The notes under the pieces are model-generated. The model saw nothing but the letters and a program-made list of their open reading frames with translations, searched no databases and was not told the origin of the DNA. A stretch of DNA of 64,000 nucleotides from Bryobacterales bacterium (GTDB taxonomy: Bacteria; Acidobacteriota; Terriglobia; Bryobacterales; Bryobacteraceae): positions 18,020 to 82,019 of the forward strand of contig JBBQGE010000020.1 in the NCBI GenBank assembly GCA_038322675.1, given 5' to 3'. Below are positions 10,107 through 21,193 of this stretch, piece after piece (position 1 is the stretch's first letter; each line of letters opens with the position of its first letter). The position numbers and the translations under genes are program-made.

Positions 10107-11333
10107 TCAGTCCTTGACCTCGAAGCCGTCGACCCGGTCCGGCAGCGTCCATACGATCGCTGCCGCGATCAAAGGGATGATGGCAAACCCGAAGAATACC
10201 GGTACGTACGAGTAATGGTCGACCACCCAGCCGGTAATCAGGCTGAACACCATCCCGCCAAAGCCCGCTCCCATGCTCGCCAAACCCCAAACCGATCCCA
10301 CCGCGTTCTTCGGAAACACATCGGCGGGCATCGACAGCATGTTGGCCAGCGCTCCTGTGTACCCCATCGTGGCCAGCGAGATCAGGCCGATCGATAGGTA
10401 GACGTTGGGAGTCAGCACGGCGGGAATGGCCGAAGTCATGAGCAGCGCGAATCCCCAAACGCACATTTTTTTCGATTTCTGCGGCTGTACGCCAACGCGT
10501 AATAGCGCCTCCGCCGCCCATCCGCCGAACAGATTTCCGGCGCCCGCTGTCACAAACGGGATCCACGCCCAGCGCCCGATGGAGGCCAGATCGAACCCGC
10601 GCGCGCTTCGCAGATATTGCGGAAACCAGAAGATATAGAAATACCAGACGGGATCGCTGAAGATCTTCGAGACGGTGAAACTCCACACCCAGCGGGTCCG
10701 CAGCAGCCGCCACGCCGGAGCGGGTCTCGCCGCGACCTCCCGTTGAACTTGTGCGGGGGTGTAGTAGATGGCGAACCAAGCCGCCAGCCAGAGCAGTCCC
10801 GTGACGCCGACCAGGTAGAACGACGCCTGCCAGCCCCAGTGGATCACGATCCACGCGACCACGGGTGCGGATAGGATGGCACCCACCGACGATCCGCTAT
10901 TGAAGATACCCGACGCGAGCGCACGTTCGCTGACGGGGAACCATTCTGCGACCACCTTAATCCCCGCGGGCCAGTTCCCTGCCTCGCCGATTCCCAGCAA
11001 GAACCGGAAAACTCCAAGGCTGATGGCGCCGCGAGAGAACGCGTGCAGGATGGCGGCGATACTCCACCACGCCATGCAGGCGGCGTAACCGAGCCGGGTG
11101 CCCAGACGGTCGATTAGCGGGCCGGAGATCCCGTTGGAAATCGTATAAGCCAGCATGAATGCCGAGACCACGCGCGAGTAATCGGTATTGGTCATGTGAA
11201 ACTGTTCGCGCAGGAATGGGCCGACGACGGACAGTGTCTGTCGGTCGAGGTAATTCACGACCGTAGCGAGAAAGACCAGGGAGATCATGACCCAGCGCGT
11301 TCGGGAGGGATAGGGGGCGGCGGCCGGAGTCAT
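10107..11333 (-). CDS. MFS transporter (ACS/hexuronate-transporter-like)
   Basis: 12 predicted TM segments. N-terminal LDRQTLSVVGPFLREQFHMTNTDYSRVVSAFMLAYTISNGISGPLIDRLG resembles ExuT-type MFS proteins. Confidence 0.9.
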   Translation of the reverse strand: MTPAAAPYPSRTRWVMISLVFLATVVNYLDRQTLSVVGPFLREQFHMTNTDYSRVVSAFMLAYTISNGISGPLIDRLGTRLGYAACMAWWSIAAILHAFSRGAISLGVFRFLLGIGEAGNWPAGIKVVAEWFPVSERALASGIFNSGSSVGAILSAPVVAWIVIHWGWQASFYLVGVTGLLWLAAWFAIYYTPAQVQREVAARPAPAWRLLRTRWVWSFTVSKIFSDPVWYFYIFWFPQYLRSARGFDLASIGRWAWIPFVTAGAGNLFGGWAAEALLRVGVQPQKSKKMCVWGFALLMTSAIPAVLTPNVYLSIGLISLATMGYTGALANMLSMPADVFPKNAVGSVWGLASMGAGFGGMVFSLITGWVVDHYSYVPVFFGFAIIPLIAAAIVWTLPDRVDGFEVKD

Positions 11334-11561
11334 TGGGCGCTGGTGACCATTGGTTGAGTATATGCACTGGCCGGGGGTCTTTGTTAGGTGGGTCTCATAG
11401 GACTTTCTCTTGATTCGTACTAAAGCTTCTGAATTGGATGCCGATCAGATAAGCGTGACCGGAATATTGGGACATGCGGCCGGCCATTTCATCTTGCCTG
11501 AGAGAACATTACGCTACCCCGGCGGGAGTTCGGAAACGGCGAACGCGGGGGAAGGAAGAAC

Positions 11562-14051
11562 ATGAACAAGAAACAAACACGCGAGCGGGCTGTGCCGGCT
11601 GTTTCAGATCAACGACGGCGGCCAGCGAAAGCGGGACGTGCAATCCCGCGGAGTGTCGCGGAGTTGGATCGACTGGTTTGTGCGATTGAAGAAGGGCGTT
11701 TGAGCGAGCGGCTCCGTCCGGACGCAATCGAGGACGATCAAAACGGGATCGCAGTGGCCGTCAACAGGATTCTTGACGTTCTGACCACACCGGTGGCAGC
11801 AGCCACGGACGCGGTTGCGAAATTGAGCAACGGTGTAATTCCGCAGAAAATCACGGGCGCATATGCGGGGGGTTTGAGTACGCTCACCACCGGCGTAAAC
11901 GCTTGCATCGACCAGTTGAGCGGGTTGCTGACTGAACTGACGAAGATGTCGGATGAGCACAACCGCGGCGAAATCGATGCAATGGTCCCGCTGGAGCGGT
12001 TCGAAGGCGCATACCGCGACATGGCGCGCGGCGTGAACGACATGGTGGCCGGCCATATCGCGGTGAAACGGAAGGCGATGGCCTGTGTCGATGAGTTTGC
12101 GAAGGGAAATTACGACGCAGCGCTGGAGCAATTCCCAGGTAAAAAGGCGTTCATCAACGACACCATTGAACGCTTGCGCGCAAATGTGCAGAGGTTTATC
12201 GAAGAGATGAACCGGATGTCGGACGAGCACACCAAGGGCGAAATCGACGTGATGATTCCGGTCGACCGCTTCGAAGGGTCGTACCGCACGATGGCGCGGG
12301 GCGTGAACGACATGGTGTCCGGACATATCGCCGTGAAGAAAAAGGCGATGGCGTGCGTGGACGAGTTCTCCAAGGGCAACTTCGATGCGACGCTCGAGCA
12401 GTTTCCCGGCAAGAAGGCGTTCATCAACGACACCATCGAGCGGCTGCGGGCGAATGTGAAGCGGTTTATCGAGGAGATGAACCGGATGTCGGACGAGCAT
12501 ATCAAGGGCGACATCGACGTGGCGATTCCGATCGAGCGGTTCGAGGGTGCCTTCCGGCTGATGGCGCGCGGCGTCAACGACATGGTGGGCGGTCACATAT
12601 TAGTGAAGAAGAAGGCGATGGCTTGTGTGGCCGAGTTCGGGCGCGGTAATTTCGAGGCGCCTCTGGAGCGGTTCCCCGGTAAGAAGGCGTTCATCAACGA
12701 AACCATCGAATCGGTACGGGAGAACCTGAAGAGTCTCATCGCGGACATGGACGCTCTGGCGCGAGCGGCCCGCGACGGGAAACTCGCAACCAGGGCGGAC
12801 GCAGCCCGGCACGGCGGCGACTTCCGGCGCATTGTCGACGGCGTGAACCAGACTCTGGACGCAGTGATCGGACCGTTGAATGTGGCGGCCGAGTATGTCG
12901 ATCGGATCTCCAAAGGTGATGTCCCGTCGAAAATCACCGAGAACTATAACGGGGATTTCAACACGATCAAACAGAACCTGAACGTGCTGATCGATGCAAT
13001 GGAGAACATTACCAAAGCTGCCGAGACGGTCGCGCACGGCGACCTGACGGTGCAGATTCGCGAGCGGTCCGGCCAGGACAAACTCATGCAGGCGCTCGCC
13101 GCGATGGTGGCCAGTTTGACCAAGGTCGTGCTGGATATCAAGACCGTCGCCGGCGAAGTCGCCAACGGTAGCCAGTCGATGAGTTCTGCCAGCAGCGAGT
13201 TGTCGCAGGGGGCCAACACTCAGGCCGCGTCGGCCGAAGAGGCATCGTCGTCGATGGAGCAGATGGTCTCCAACATTAAGCAGAACGCCGACAACGCATC
13301 TCAGACGGAGAAGATCGCCATCCGGTCGGCCGAGGATGCCAAGGAGGGCGGACGCTCGGTGGCCGACGCCGTCGTGGCGATGAAGGAAATCGCCAGTAAG
13401 ATCTCGATTATCGAGGAGATCGCGCGGCAGACCAACATGCTGGCGCTGAACGCGGCCATTGAAGCCGCCCGCGCCGGAGAACACGGGAAGGGATTCGCGG
13501 TGGTGGCGGCCGAAGTCCGGAAGCTGGCGGAACGAAGCCAGAAGGCTGCGGGAGAGATCAATCAGCTCTCGGCGTCCACGGTCAAGGTGGCGGAAAAAGC
13601 CGGCGACATGCTGGAGAAACTCGTCCCGAACATTCAGAAGACGGCCGAGCTGGTGAAAGAGATCAGTGCCGCCAGCAACGAGCAGAATACGGGAGCCGAG
13701 CAGATCAACGCCGCTCTTCAACAGCTACAAGTTGTGATTCAGCAGAATGCGTCGGCCGCCGAAGAGATGGCCTCCACCAGCGAGGAACTGTCGGGCCAGG
13801 CAGACGGGCTGATTACAACCATCGACTTCTTTGAAATCGGCGAAACCGACCATCGAGTCGCGGTTGCAAAGACCGGCGGCACCGACCGGATCGCACCGAA
13901 ACCGGCGGCGAAACACGATTCGAAGGCAAATGGCTTTCGGAACGGTGCTACGCCGGTTGCAGCAGGCAAGAAGAACGGCAAAACCAACGGATACGCGTTC
14001 AATCTGGCCGCTCATCCGGACAAACTCGACGAGGACTTCGAAAAGTACTGA
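11562..14051 (+). CDS. Methyl-accepting chemotaxis protein, apparently cytoplasmic, with array of HAMP-like repeats
   Basis: Conserved MCP hairpin tip [41 protein letters not shown]. Methylation-helix-like EE/EQ pairs. I can see no hydrophobic TM segment anywhere in the 829 aa. N-terminal two thirds consist of repeated helical modules. Confidence 0.92.
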   Translation: MNKKQTRERAVPAVSDQRRRPAKAGRAIPRSVAELDRLVCAIEEGRLSERLRPDAIEDDQNGIAVAVNRILDVLTTPVAAATDAVAKLSNGVIPQKITGAYAGGLSTLTTGVNACIDQLSGLLTELTKMSDEHNRGEIDAMVPLERFEGAYRDMARGVNDMVAGHIAVKRKAMACVDEFAKGNYDAALEQFPGKKAFINDTIERLRANVQRFIEEMNRMSDEHTKGEIDVMIPVDRFEGSYRTMARGVNDMVSGHIAVKKKAMACVDEFSKGNFDATLEQFPGKKAFINDTIERLRANVKRFIEEMNRMSDEHIKGDIDVAIPIERFEGAFRLMARGVNDMVGGHILVKKKAMACVAEFGRGNFEAPLERFPGKKAFINETIESVRENLKSLIADMDALARAARDGKLATRADAARHGGDFRRIVDGVNQTLDAVIGPLNVAAEYVDRISKGDVPSKITENYNGDFNTIKQNLNVLIDAMENITKAAETVAHGDLTVQIRERSGQDKLMQALAAMVASLTKVVLDIKTVAGEVANGSQSMSSASSELSQGANTQAASAEEASSSMEQMVSNIKQNADNASQTEKIAIRSAEDAKEGGRSVADAVVAMKEIASKISIIEEIARQTNMLALNAAIEAARAGEHGKGFAVVAAEVRKLAERSQKAAGEINQLSASTVKVAEKAGDMLEKLVPNIQKTAELVKEISAASNEQNTGAEQINAALQQLQVVIQQNASAAEEMASTSEELSGQADGLITTIDFFEIGETDHRVAVAKTGGTDRIAPKPAAKHDSKANGFRNGATPVAAGKKNGKTNGYAFNLAAHPDKLDEDFEKY
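11946..12755 (+). repeat. Three tandem 270-bp (90-codon) direct repeats inside the MCP gene
   Basis: Unit starts at 11946, 12216 and 12486, each beginning ATGTCGGA(T/C)GAGCA = MSDEH. The units encode MSDEH(N/T/I)(R/K)G(E/D)ID...ERFEG(A/S)(Y/F)[26 protein letters not shown](Y/F)DA.LE(Q/R)FPGKKAFIN(D/E)TIE. By eye they are roughly 80% nucleotide identical. Confidence 0.9.
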
Positions 14052-14112
14052 GGTAGGGACACCGGCCTGCCCGTCCTGAGACTGCGGGCCGGTCCTTCCA
14101 GGAGCTTATACG

Positions 14113-14607
14113 ATGAGTGTCGAAACAATTGTAGAAACCAGGCAGTACCTCACATTCAAACTGGACAACGAGGTCTTCGCGCTGGACGTCGCCACCGTTC
14201 GCGAGGTGTTGGACTTCACCAACGTGACCAAGATCCCGAGGACTCCGGAGTTTATGCGCGGGGTCATCAATCTACGTGGTAGCGTGGTGCCCGTCATCGA
14301 TCTGCGGCTGGCGTTCGGAATGTCGGCGACCGAGAAGACGGTCAACACCTGCATCATCGTGATGGAGGTCCGGCTGGACGGCGAGACGGCAATCGTCGGC
14401 GCGTTAGCCGACTCGGTGGAGGAGGTAATCGACCTTGAGCCGGAACAGATTGAAGCGGCCCCGAGGCTCGGGACTTCGATCAAGACTGACTTCATCCGCG
14501 GTATGGGGAAGCGGGAATCGAATTTCCTGATGATCCTCGATATCGACCGGGTTTTCTCAGCTGACCACTTGAGCGATCTCCGCGCTGTTGTTCCCGCGGC
14601 CGCCTGA
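14113..14607 (+). CDS. cheW: Chemotaxis coupling protein CheW
   Basis: CheW-like domain: YLTFKLDNEVFALDVATVREVL...IPRTPEFMRGVINLRGSVVPVIDLR. SD AGGAG upstream. Confidence 0.93.
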   Translation: MSVETIVETRQYLTFKLDNEVFALDVATVREVLDFTNVTKIPRTPEFMRGVINLRGSVVPVIDLRLAFGMSATEKTVNTCIIVMEVRLDGETAIVGALADSVEEVIDLEPEQIEAAPRLGTSIKTDFIRGMGKRESNFLMILDIDRVFSADHLSDLRAVVPAAA

Positions 14608-14629
14608 GCCGGGTGGGAATACGACGGTA

Positions 14630-15476
14630 ATGACCGAGACTGACCAAATCTCCGACCGCGACCTCCGCCGGTTGACGGATCTCATCGGATCCCAATGCGG
14701 AATGATGATGGCGCCGGCCAAGCGCATCATGCTGGAAACCCGGCTCAGGAAGCGCGTCCGGACTCTCGGCCTAAAATCGTTCGCCGCCTATTGCGATTAC
14801 ATCCATACGGCCGAAGGCCGCTCGCAGGAGTGGCCGAATTTGATCGATGCCGTGACTACGCATAAAACGGACTTCTTCCGCGAGCCTGCTCACTTCGACT
14901 TTCTCATGGAGCAGGCTCTACCGGAACTGTCGCGAAGCCGCGGAATCGGGACACGGCGTCCTTTACTGGTTTGGAGTGCGGCCTGTTCCACGGGCGAGGA
15001 ACCCTACACGCTGGCGATGGTGGTGAGCAAGTACGCCGAGTCGCGCGGGCCGGACCGGTACCATTTCCGCATTGAGGCTACCGACATTTCCGGGGCCGTG
15101 ATCGAGACAGCGCAAACCGCGGTGTATCCGGCCGCGGCCGTGGAACCCGTGCCGCGCGAACTGTGCCGGAAACATGTGCTGCAGAGCCGCGACCGGAGCC
15201 GCGGCATGGTGCGAATGTCGCCGGAGATTCGTTCACGGGTTCGCTTCCGGCAGTTGAACCTGATGGACAGCGACTACGGATTCGGCGAACTCTTCGACGT
15301 GGTGTTTTGCCGGAACGTCATGATCTATTTCGAACGGGAAGCGCAACAGAAGGTGTTGAACCGGATCAGCCTCAACCTGCAGCAAGGAGGGTATTTGCTC
15401 ATGGGCCACTCGGAATCGCTGAACGGGCTGAATCTGCCGCTGGTTCAAGTAGCTCCTACCGTGTACCGGAGGCTCA

Positions 15477-15484
<8 letters not shown>
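14630..15484 (+). CDS. cheR: Chemotaxis protein methyltransferase CheR
   Basis: ATG 14630 chosen (the ORF opens at TTG 14588, inside cheW). Motifs TDFFRE, SAM-binding VWSAACSTGEEPYTLAM, and FCRNVMIYF. Confidence 0.9.
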
Positions 15485-17017
<1,533 letters not shown>

Positions 17018-17033
17018 CAACCGGGGAATTCGA

Positions 17034-19097
17034 ATGAACGACTACCGCGAGACATACATCGAAGAAGCTTCCGAACTACTGCGGGAATTGGAGGCGGCGC
17101 TGCTCGAACTGGAAGAGCGGCCCGCCGACTCCGAATTGGTCGGCCGCGTCTTCCGCGCCCTGCACACCATTAAAGGGTCCGGAGCAATGTTCGGGTTTGA
17201 CGCGGTGTCCTCGTTCACCCACGAGTTGGAGACCATGTTCGACGGAGTCCGGGAAGGCCGCAACCAGGTCACCGCAGGTCTGATTGGCGTCACGCTCGAG
17301 GCTCGCGATCACATACAGGAGTTACTTCGGGCTGGGAGCGTTCTATCGCCTGACGTGCTTGCCGCGTCGGATCGCATCCTGGAACGACTCGCGAAGGTGT
17401 CCGTGGAAAGCGGCCCATCGGTGTCCACCGATTCGCTGCCGAGGACCTACAGCATCCACTTCGATCCCCATCCCGATCTCTTTCTGAGCGGATCCAATCC
17501 CGTACCTTTGCTCCGCGAGTTGGCGCAGTTGGGCGACTGCAGCATGGTGGGTCACCTGGACCGGATTCCCGAGCTTCGCGACCTCGATCCGGAAAAATGC
17601 TACATCTACTGGGATGCCATTTTGACCACGGCGGCGGACGAGAATGCGATTCGCGACATCTTCATCTTCGTCGAGGACCGTGCGCGGCTCGATGTAGCGT
17701 GTGTCTGTCGGGACATCCCGGCCGAACGGCGCAGAATTGGAGAGATCCTGGTCGATCGCGGCCATGTCCCGGCAGATGAAGCTGAAAGGTGTCTCGGGCA
17801 ACGGCCGCTCGCCGGCGAGATGCTGGTGCAGGCGGGACTCGTGACGCCGGACCGCATTCAGGCGGCGATCCTGGAACAGCAGCACCTGGATGGGGTCCGC
17901 GACAAGCGCGACAAGGCCGAGGCGGCAACATCGCTGCGTGTGCCGGTCGCGAAACTCGACAGTCTCGTCAACGTCGTCGGCGAACTCGTAACCGTCCAAG
18001 CACGCTTAACCAGTTACGCGCTCGCATCCGGCGACGCCGAAATTAATTTCATCTCCGAGGAGGTGGAGCGTTTGTCCGAACTCCTCCGCGAGAGCACGAT
18101 GAGCGTCCGCATGCTTCCGATCGGTGAGACATTCGGCCGCTTCCGCCGCCTGGTGCGGGACCTCGCTGGAGATCTGAATAAGAAAGTTGAACTGATCACC
18201 GAAGGCAACGACACGGAACTCGATAAGACTGTGATCGAACAGTTGAACGATCCGCTCGTGCACATCATCCGGAACGCCGTGGGTCACGGAATTGAGCCGT
18301 CCGATCAGCGGCTCGCGAAAAAGAAGCCGGACACCGGACGCATTCACCTGTCGGCCTGTCATAGCGGAGCCTTTGTGCTGATCCGCATCAGCGACGATGG
18401 CGCCGGCATGAATCGGGAAGCGATTCGGGCCCGTGCCGTGGAACGGAAGATGATTCCGCCTGACGCCGTCCTGAGCGATCAAGAGACCTTTGCGCTGACG
18501 CTGGCGCCGGGTTTTTCAACCTCCGAACGGGTTACTGCTATCTCCGGCAGGGGCGTCGGAATGGACGTCGTGCAACGCAGTCTGGATGCACTACACGGAA
18601 CGGTGTCCATCGCGAGCACGCCGGGCCAGGGGACGGTGGTCACACTCAAAATCCCTCTGACGCTGGCAATTATCGATGGGCTACTGGTCGAGGCCGATGA
18701 GTCTTTTTTCGTCGTGCCCCTGGCGAATATTTCGGAATGCATCGAACTCGAGGGCCGTGCGCAGTCGCGAAAACATGACTCGCTGGTCAGCGTCCACGGC
18801 GATCTGGTCCCCTACATCGCTCTGCGCGACCGTTTCTCGCTTCCGGGCCGAGCACCGGCGATTGAGCAGGTGATTGTGGCGGACACACAGCACGGGAGGT
18901 ACGGACTGGTGGTGGACCGCGTCATCGGCGACCACCACACAGTGATCAAGAAACTCGGCAGCTTCTACCGGAATGTGGAAGAACTCTCCGGGGCCACGAT
19001 CCTCGGCGACGGCACCTTGGCTCTCATTCTTGACGTGGACAAGATCGCGGCGGGCGCGCTCCGCGAAGCGCACGCGCAGCAAATGGCGGGGCGGTAA
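17034..19097 (+). CDS. cheA: Chemotaxis histidine kinase CheA (Hpt - linker domains - dimerisation - HATPase - CheW-like; no receiver domain)
   Basis: ATG 17034 (MNDYRETYIEEA); the ORF opens earlier, inside cheB. Hpt motif LHTIKGSGAMFG. N-box HIIRNAVGHGIE, G1 DDGAGM, G2 GRGVGMDVV. C-terminal CheW-like domain. Confidence 0.93.
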   Translation: MNDYRETYIEEASELLRELEAALLELEERPADSELVGRVFRALHTIKGSGAMFGFDAVSSFTHELETMFDGVREGRNQVTAGLIGVTLEARDHIQELLRAGSVLSPDVLAASDRILERLAKVSVESGPSVSTDSLPRTYSIHFDPHPDLFLSGSNPVPLLRELAQLGDCSMVGHLDRIPELRDLDPEKCYIYWDAILTTAADENAIRDIFIFVEDRARLDVACVCRDIPAERRRIGEILVDRGHVPADEAERCLGQRPLAGEMLVQAGLVTPDRIQAAILEQQHLDGVRDKRDKAEAATSLRVPVAKLDSLVNVVGELVTVQARLTSYALASGDAEINFISEEVERLSELLRESTMSVRMLPIGETFGRFRRLVRDLAGDLNKKVELITEGNDTELDKTVIEQLNDPLVHIIRNAVGHGIEPSDQRLAKKKPDTGRIHLSACHSGAFVLIRISDDGAGMNREAIRARAVERKMIPPDAVLSDQETFALTLAPGFSTSERVTAISGRGVGMDVVQRSLDALHGTVSIASTPGQGTVVTLKIPLTLAIIDGLLVEADESFFVVPLANISECIELEGRAQSRKHDSLVSVHGDLVPYIALRDRFSLPGRAPAIEQVIVADTQHGRYGLVVDRVIGDHHTVIKKLGSFYRNVEELSGATILGDGTLALILDVDKIAAGALREAHAQQMAGR

Positions 19098-19520
19098 GCC
19101 CGCAAGCTACCGTGAGGCGGCAACGCGACGAGCCCTGTCCGGCAACGGCACCGGATCGTGGCGGGCGCGCTCCAGGAAGCCCACGCGCAGCAGCTGGCAC
19201 GGCGATAAGCCCGCAAGCTACCGTGAAACGCCACCGGGCAGCAGTACCCGCGACAGGACCGGCAACGGCACCCAATCGTGGCGGTGGCGCTCCAGAAAGC
19301 GCACGCCCAGCAGTTGGCGCGCCGGTCAACCCGCAAGCTACCGTGAGACGCGACCGGGCAGCAGTACCCGCGACAGGACCCGGCGAGCGCACTCCACGAA
19401 ACCCACGCGCCGCAGATGGTGGGGCGGCAGGCCCGCAACCGGCTGCGCGGCGGCACGGACACGGCCCTCGACGTCGACAAGATCGCGGCGGGGCAATAGC
19501 CCGCAACCTACCGTGAAGCT
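19044..19520. repeat. About 4.5 degenerate head-to-tail copies (102-120 nt) of the cheA 3' terminus plus downstream box
   Basis: Unit starts at about 19044, 19155, 19275, 19383 and 19482. The recurring core is ATCG(C/T)GGCGG.GCGCTCC...CACGC.CAGCA..TGGC...(TAA)GCCCGCAAGCTACCGTGA. The first unit is the real cheA end. The last unit runs into the serA stop codon. Confidence 0.85.
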
Positions 19521-21121
19521 CCACCGGCCCGGTGGTCGAACGCGACCGTCCTCGCGAACTTCAGACGTGGGTCGCTGACCAACTCCTGTAGCGCCGCATC
19601 CGGAACCCGAGCATCACTCTCGATTACCGCGATCGCCTCCAGCGGTTCACCCGGGCGGAGAGGTTCGTCCCGGCGGCCCAGCGAGAAGTTCGCGATATTG
19701 ACGCCGTGCTTCCCCATCACCGTTCCGATGTACCCGATGACGCCGGGCAAATCCTGATTCTTCATGAAGGTCAGGTGCCCGTCGAGCGGCGCTTCACACG
19801 CGATGCCGTCGATGCGGATCAGGCGCGGCCGGCCCAGGATGAGAGCGCCTTCCACCGACGAGACGCCGTGGTCGGTCTCCAACTCGATCCGGACGGAATC
19901 CATGTGAACAGGCCGCGCTTCATGCGACTCGCCGATGGTGAGTCCGCGATCGGCCGCAATCTTCATCGCGTTCACAATATTCGCGCGGCCCGCGAGCGAA
20001 CGCGACAGAACGCCCGCAATACCCGCGTTCCGAATCAGGTTCGTATTGCTCTCCGCGATGTGTCCGGAGTAAATCAGGCGGATCCCGCGCGGATTCCCGG
20101 ATGCGATGTGCGTCGCGAAGTTGCCGAGGCGTTGCGCAAGATCGATGTACGGACCCACCTCGCGGTATTCATCGGCACTCATGGCCGGCACATTGACGGC
20201 GTTGAGCGCGACCCCGTGCTGCAGGTACTCCACCAGTTGCTCCGCGATTCGCACTCCCACAATCTCCTGCGCTTCCTCGGTGGATCCGCCGATATGCGGC
20301 GTGGCGATCAATTGCGGCAGCGCGAGCAGCGGTTCGCTCTCGCCCGGCGGTTCCGTCTGAAACACATCGAGTGCGGCAGCCGCGACCTTGCCAGATTCGA
20401 TGGCACGCGTCAGCGCGGCGCCGTCGATCAGTTCGCCGCGAGCGCAATTGACGATGCGAACGCCGCGCTTCATCTTCCCGAACGCGTTGTCGTTCAGCAT
20501 CCCGTGCGTCTCCTGCGTCAGCGCGACGTGCAGGGTGATGAAGTCGGCGATGGCATACAGCGTGTCGAGATCGACGAGTTCGACCCCGAGGTCGGCCGCG
20601 GTTCGCGAATTGACGTACGGGTCGGATGCGGCGATGCGCATCTCGAACGGGCGCGCGCGCTTCACCACCTCGCGGCCGATGCTGCCGAGTCCCACGATGC
20701 CGAGGATCTTGCCGCGAAGTTCATTGCCCAGGAATTTCTTCTTTTCCCACTTGCCGCTCTTGGTCGAGTTACTGGCTTGCGGAATGGATCGCGCCATTGC
20801 CAGCATAAGTGCGAGTGTGTGTTCAGCCACCGACACCGCGTTTCCGCCCGGCGTGTTCATCACCATCACACCGGCCTCGGTGGCGGCGTCCAGATCGACG
20901 TTGTCCACTCCGACCCCGGCCCGGCCGATCACGCGCAGTTTCGGCGCCCGCGCCAGAACCTCCGCGTTCACCTTCACCGCGCTTCTCACCAGCAATGCGT
21001 CGGCATCGGCGAGATGCTCTGAATACTCCTTCGGATTTGAAACGATGACATTCCAACCGGCTTGCGACTTCAGCAGTTCAATGCCGGCCGCCGCAAGCGG
21101 TTCAGCAACAAGTATGTTCAT
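19508..21121 (-). CDS. serA: D-3-phosphoglycerate dehydrogenase SerA (long form with C-terminal ACT-type regulatory region)
   Basis: ATG 21121 (MNILVAEPLAAAGIELLK); the ORF opens at 21169. NAD-binding GIVGLGSIGREVV and the catalytic region LTPHIGGST-like (ATPHIGGSTEEAQ). 537 aa. Confidence 0.92.
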   Translation of the reverse strand: MNILVAEPLAAAGIELLKSQAGWNVIVSNPKEYSEHLADADALLVRSAVKVNAEVLARAPKLRVIGRAGVGVDNVDLDAATEAGVMVMNTPGGNAVSVAEHTLALMLAMARSIPQASNSTKSGKWEKKKFLGNELRGKILGIVGLGSIGREVVKRARPFEMRIAASDPYVNSRTAADLGVELVDLDTLYAIADFITLHVALTQETHGMLNDNAFGKMKRGVRIVNCARGELIDGAALTRAIESGKVAAAALDVFQTEPPGESEPLLALPQLIATPHIGGSTEEAQEIVGVRIAEQLVEYLQHGVALNAVNVPAMSADEYREVGPYIDLAQRLGNFATHIASGNPRGIRLIYSGHIAESNTNLIRNAGIAGVLSRSLAGRANIVNAMKIAADRGLTIGESHEARPVHMDSVRIELETDHGVSSVEGALILGRPRLIRIDGIACEAPLDGHLTFMKNQDLPGVIGYIGTVMGKHGVNIANFSLGRRDEPLRPGEPLEAIAVIESDARVPDAALQELVSDPRLKFARTVAFDHRAGGASR

Positions 21122-21193
21122 AAACTCCCAGTCAGGTGAGCAGACACAACGCAGGCGTGACGCTGCCACGCCGGCGCAAGGCGACGAATCGGA

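Noticed and set aside
19044-19520. Possible CRISPR array or sigma-54 promoter within the repeats (TGGCAC at 19195-19200)
   Set aside because: The repeats are contiguous 102-120 nt units with no unique spacers and no cas genes, so this is not CRISPR architecture. TGGCAC is followed by GGCGATAAGC, not the TTGC(A/T) -12 element at the correct spacing, and no gene lies downstream.
18965-19578. Four overlapping ORFs of 134-201 aa on both strands (18965..19480 -, 18973..19578 +, 19024..19524 -, 19112..19516 +) in the cheA/serA gap
   Set aside because: They lie entirely in the tandem-repeat region and are Arg/Ala/Pro/Gly-rich repetitive translations of GC-rich repeats. They have no RBS or family resemblance, and all of them being open at once is typical of high-GC non-coding DNA.
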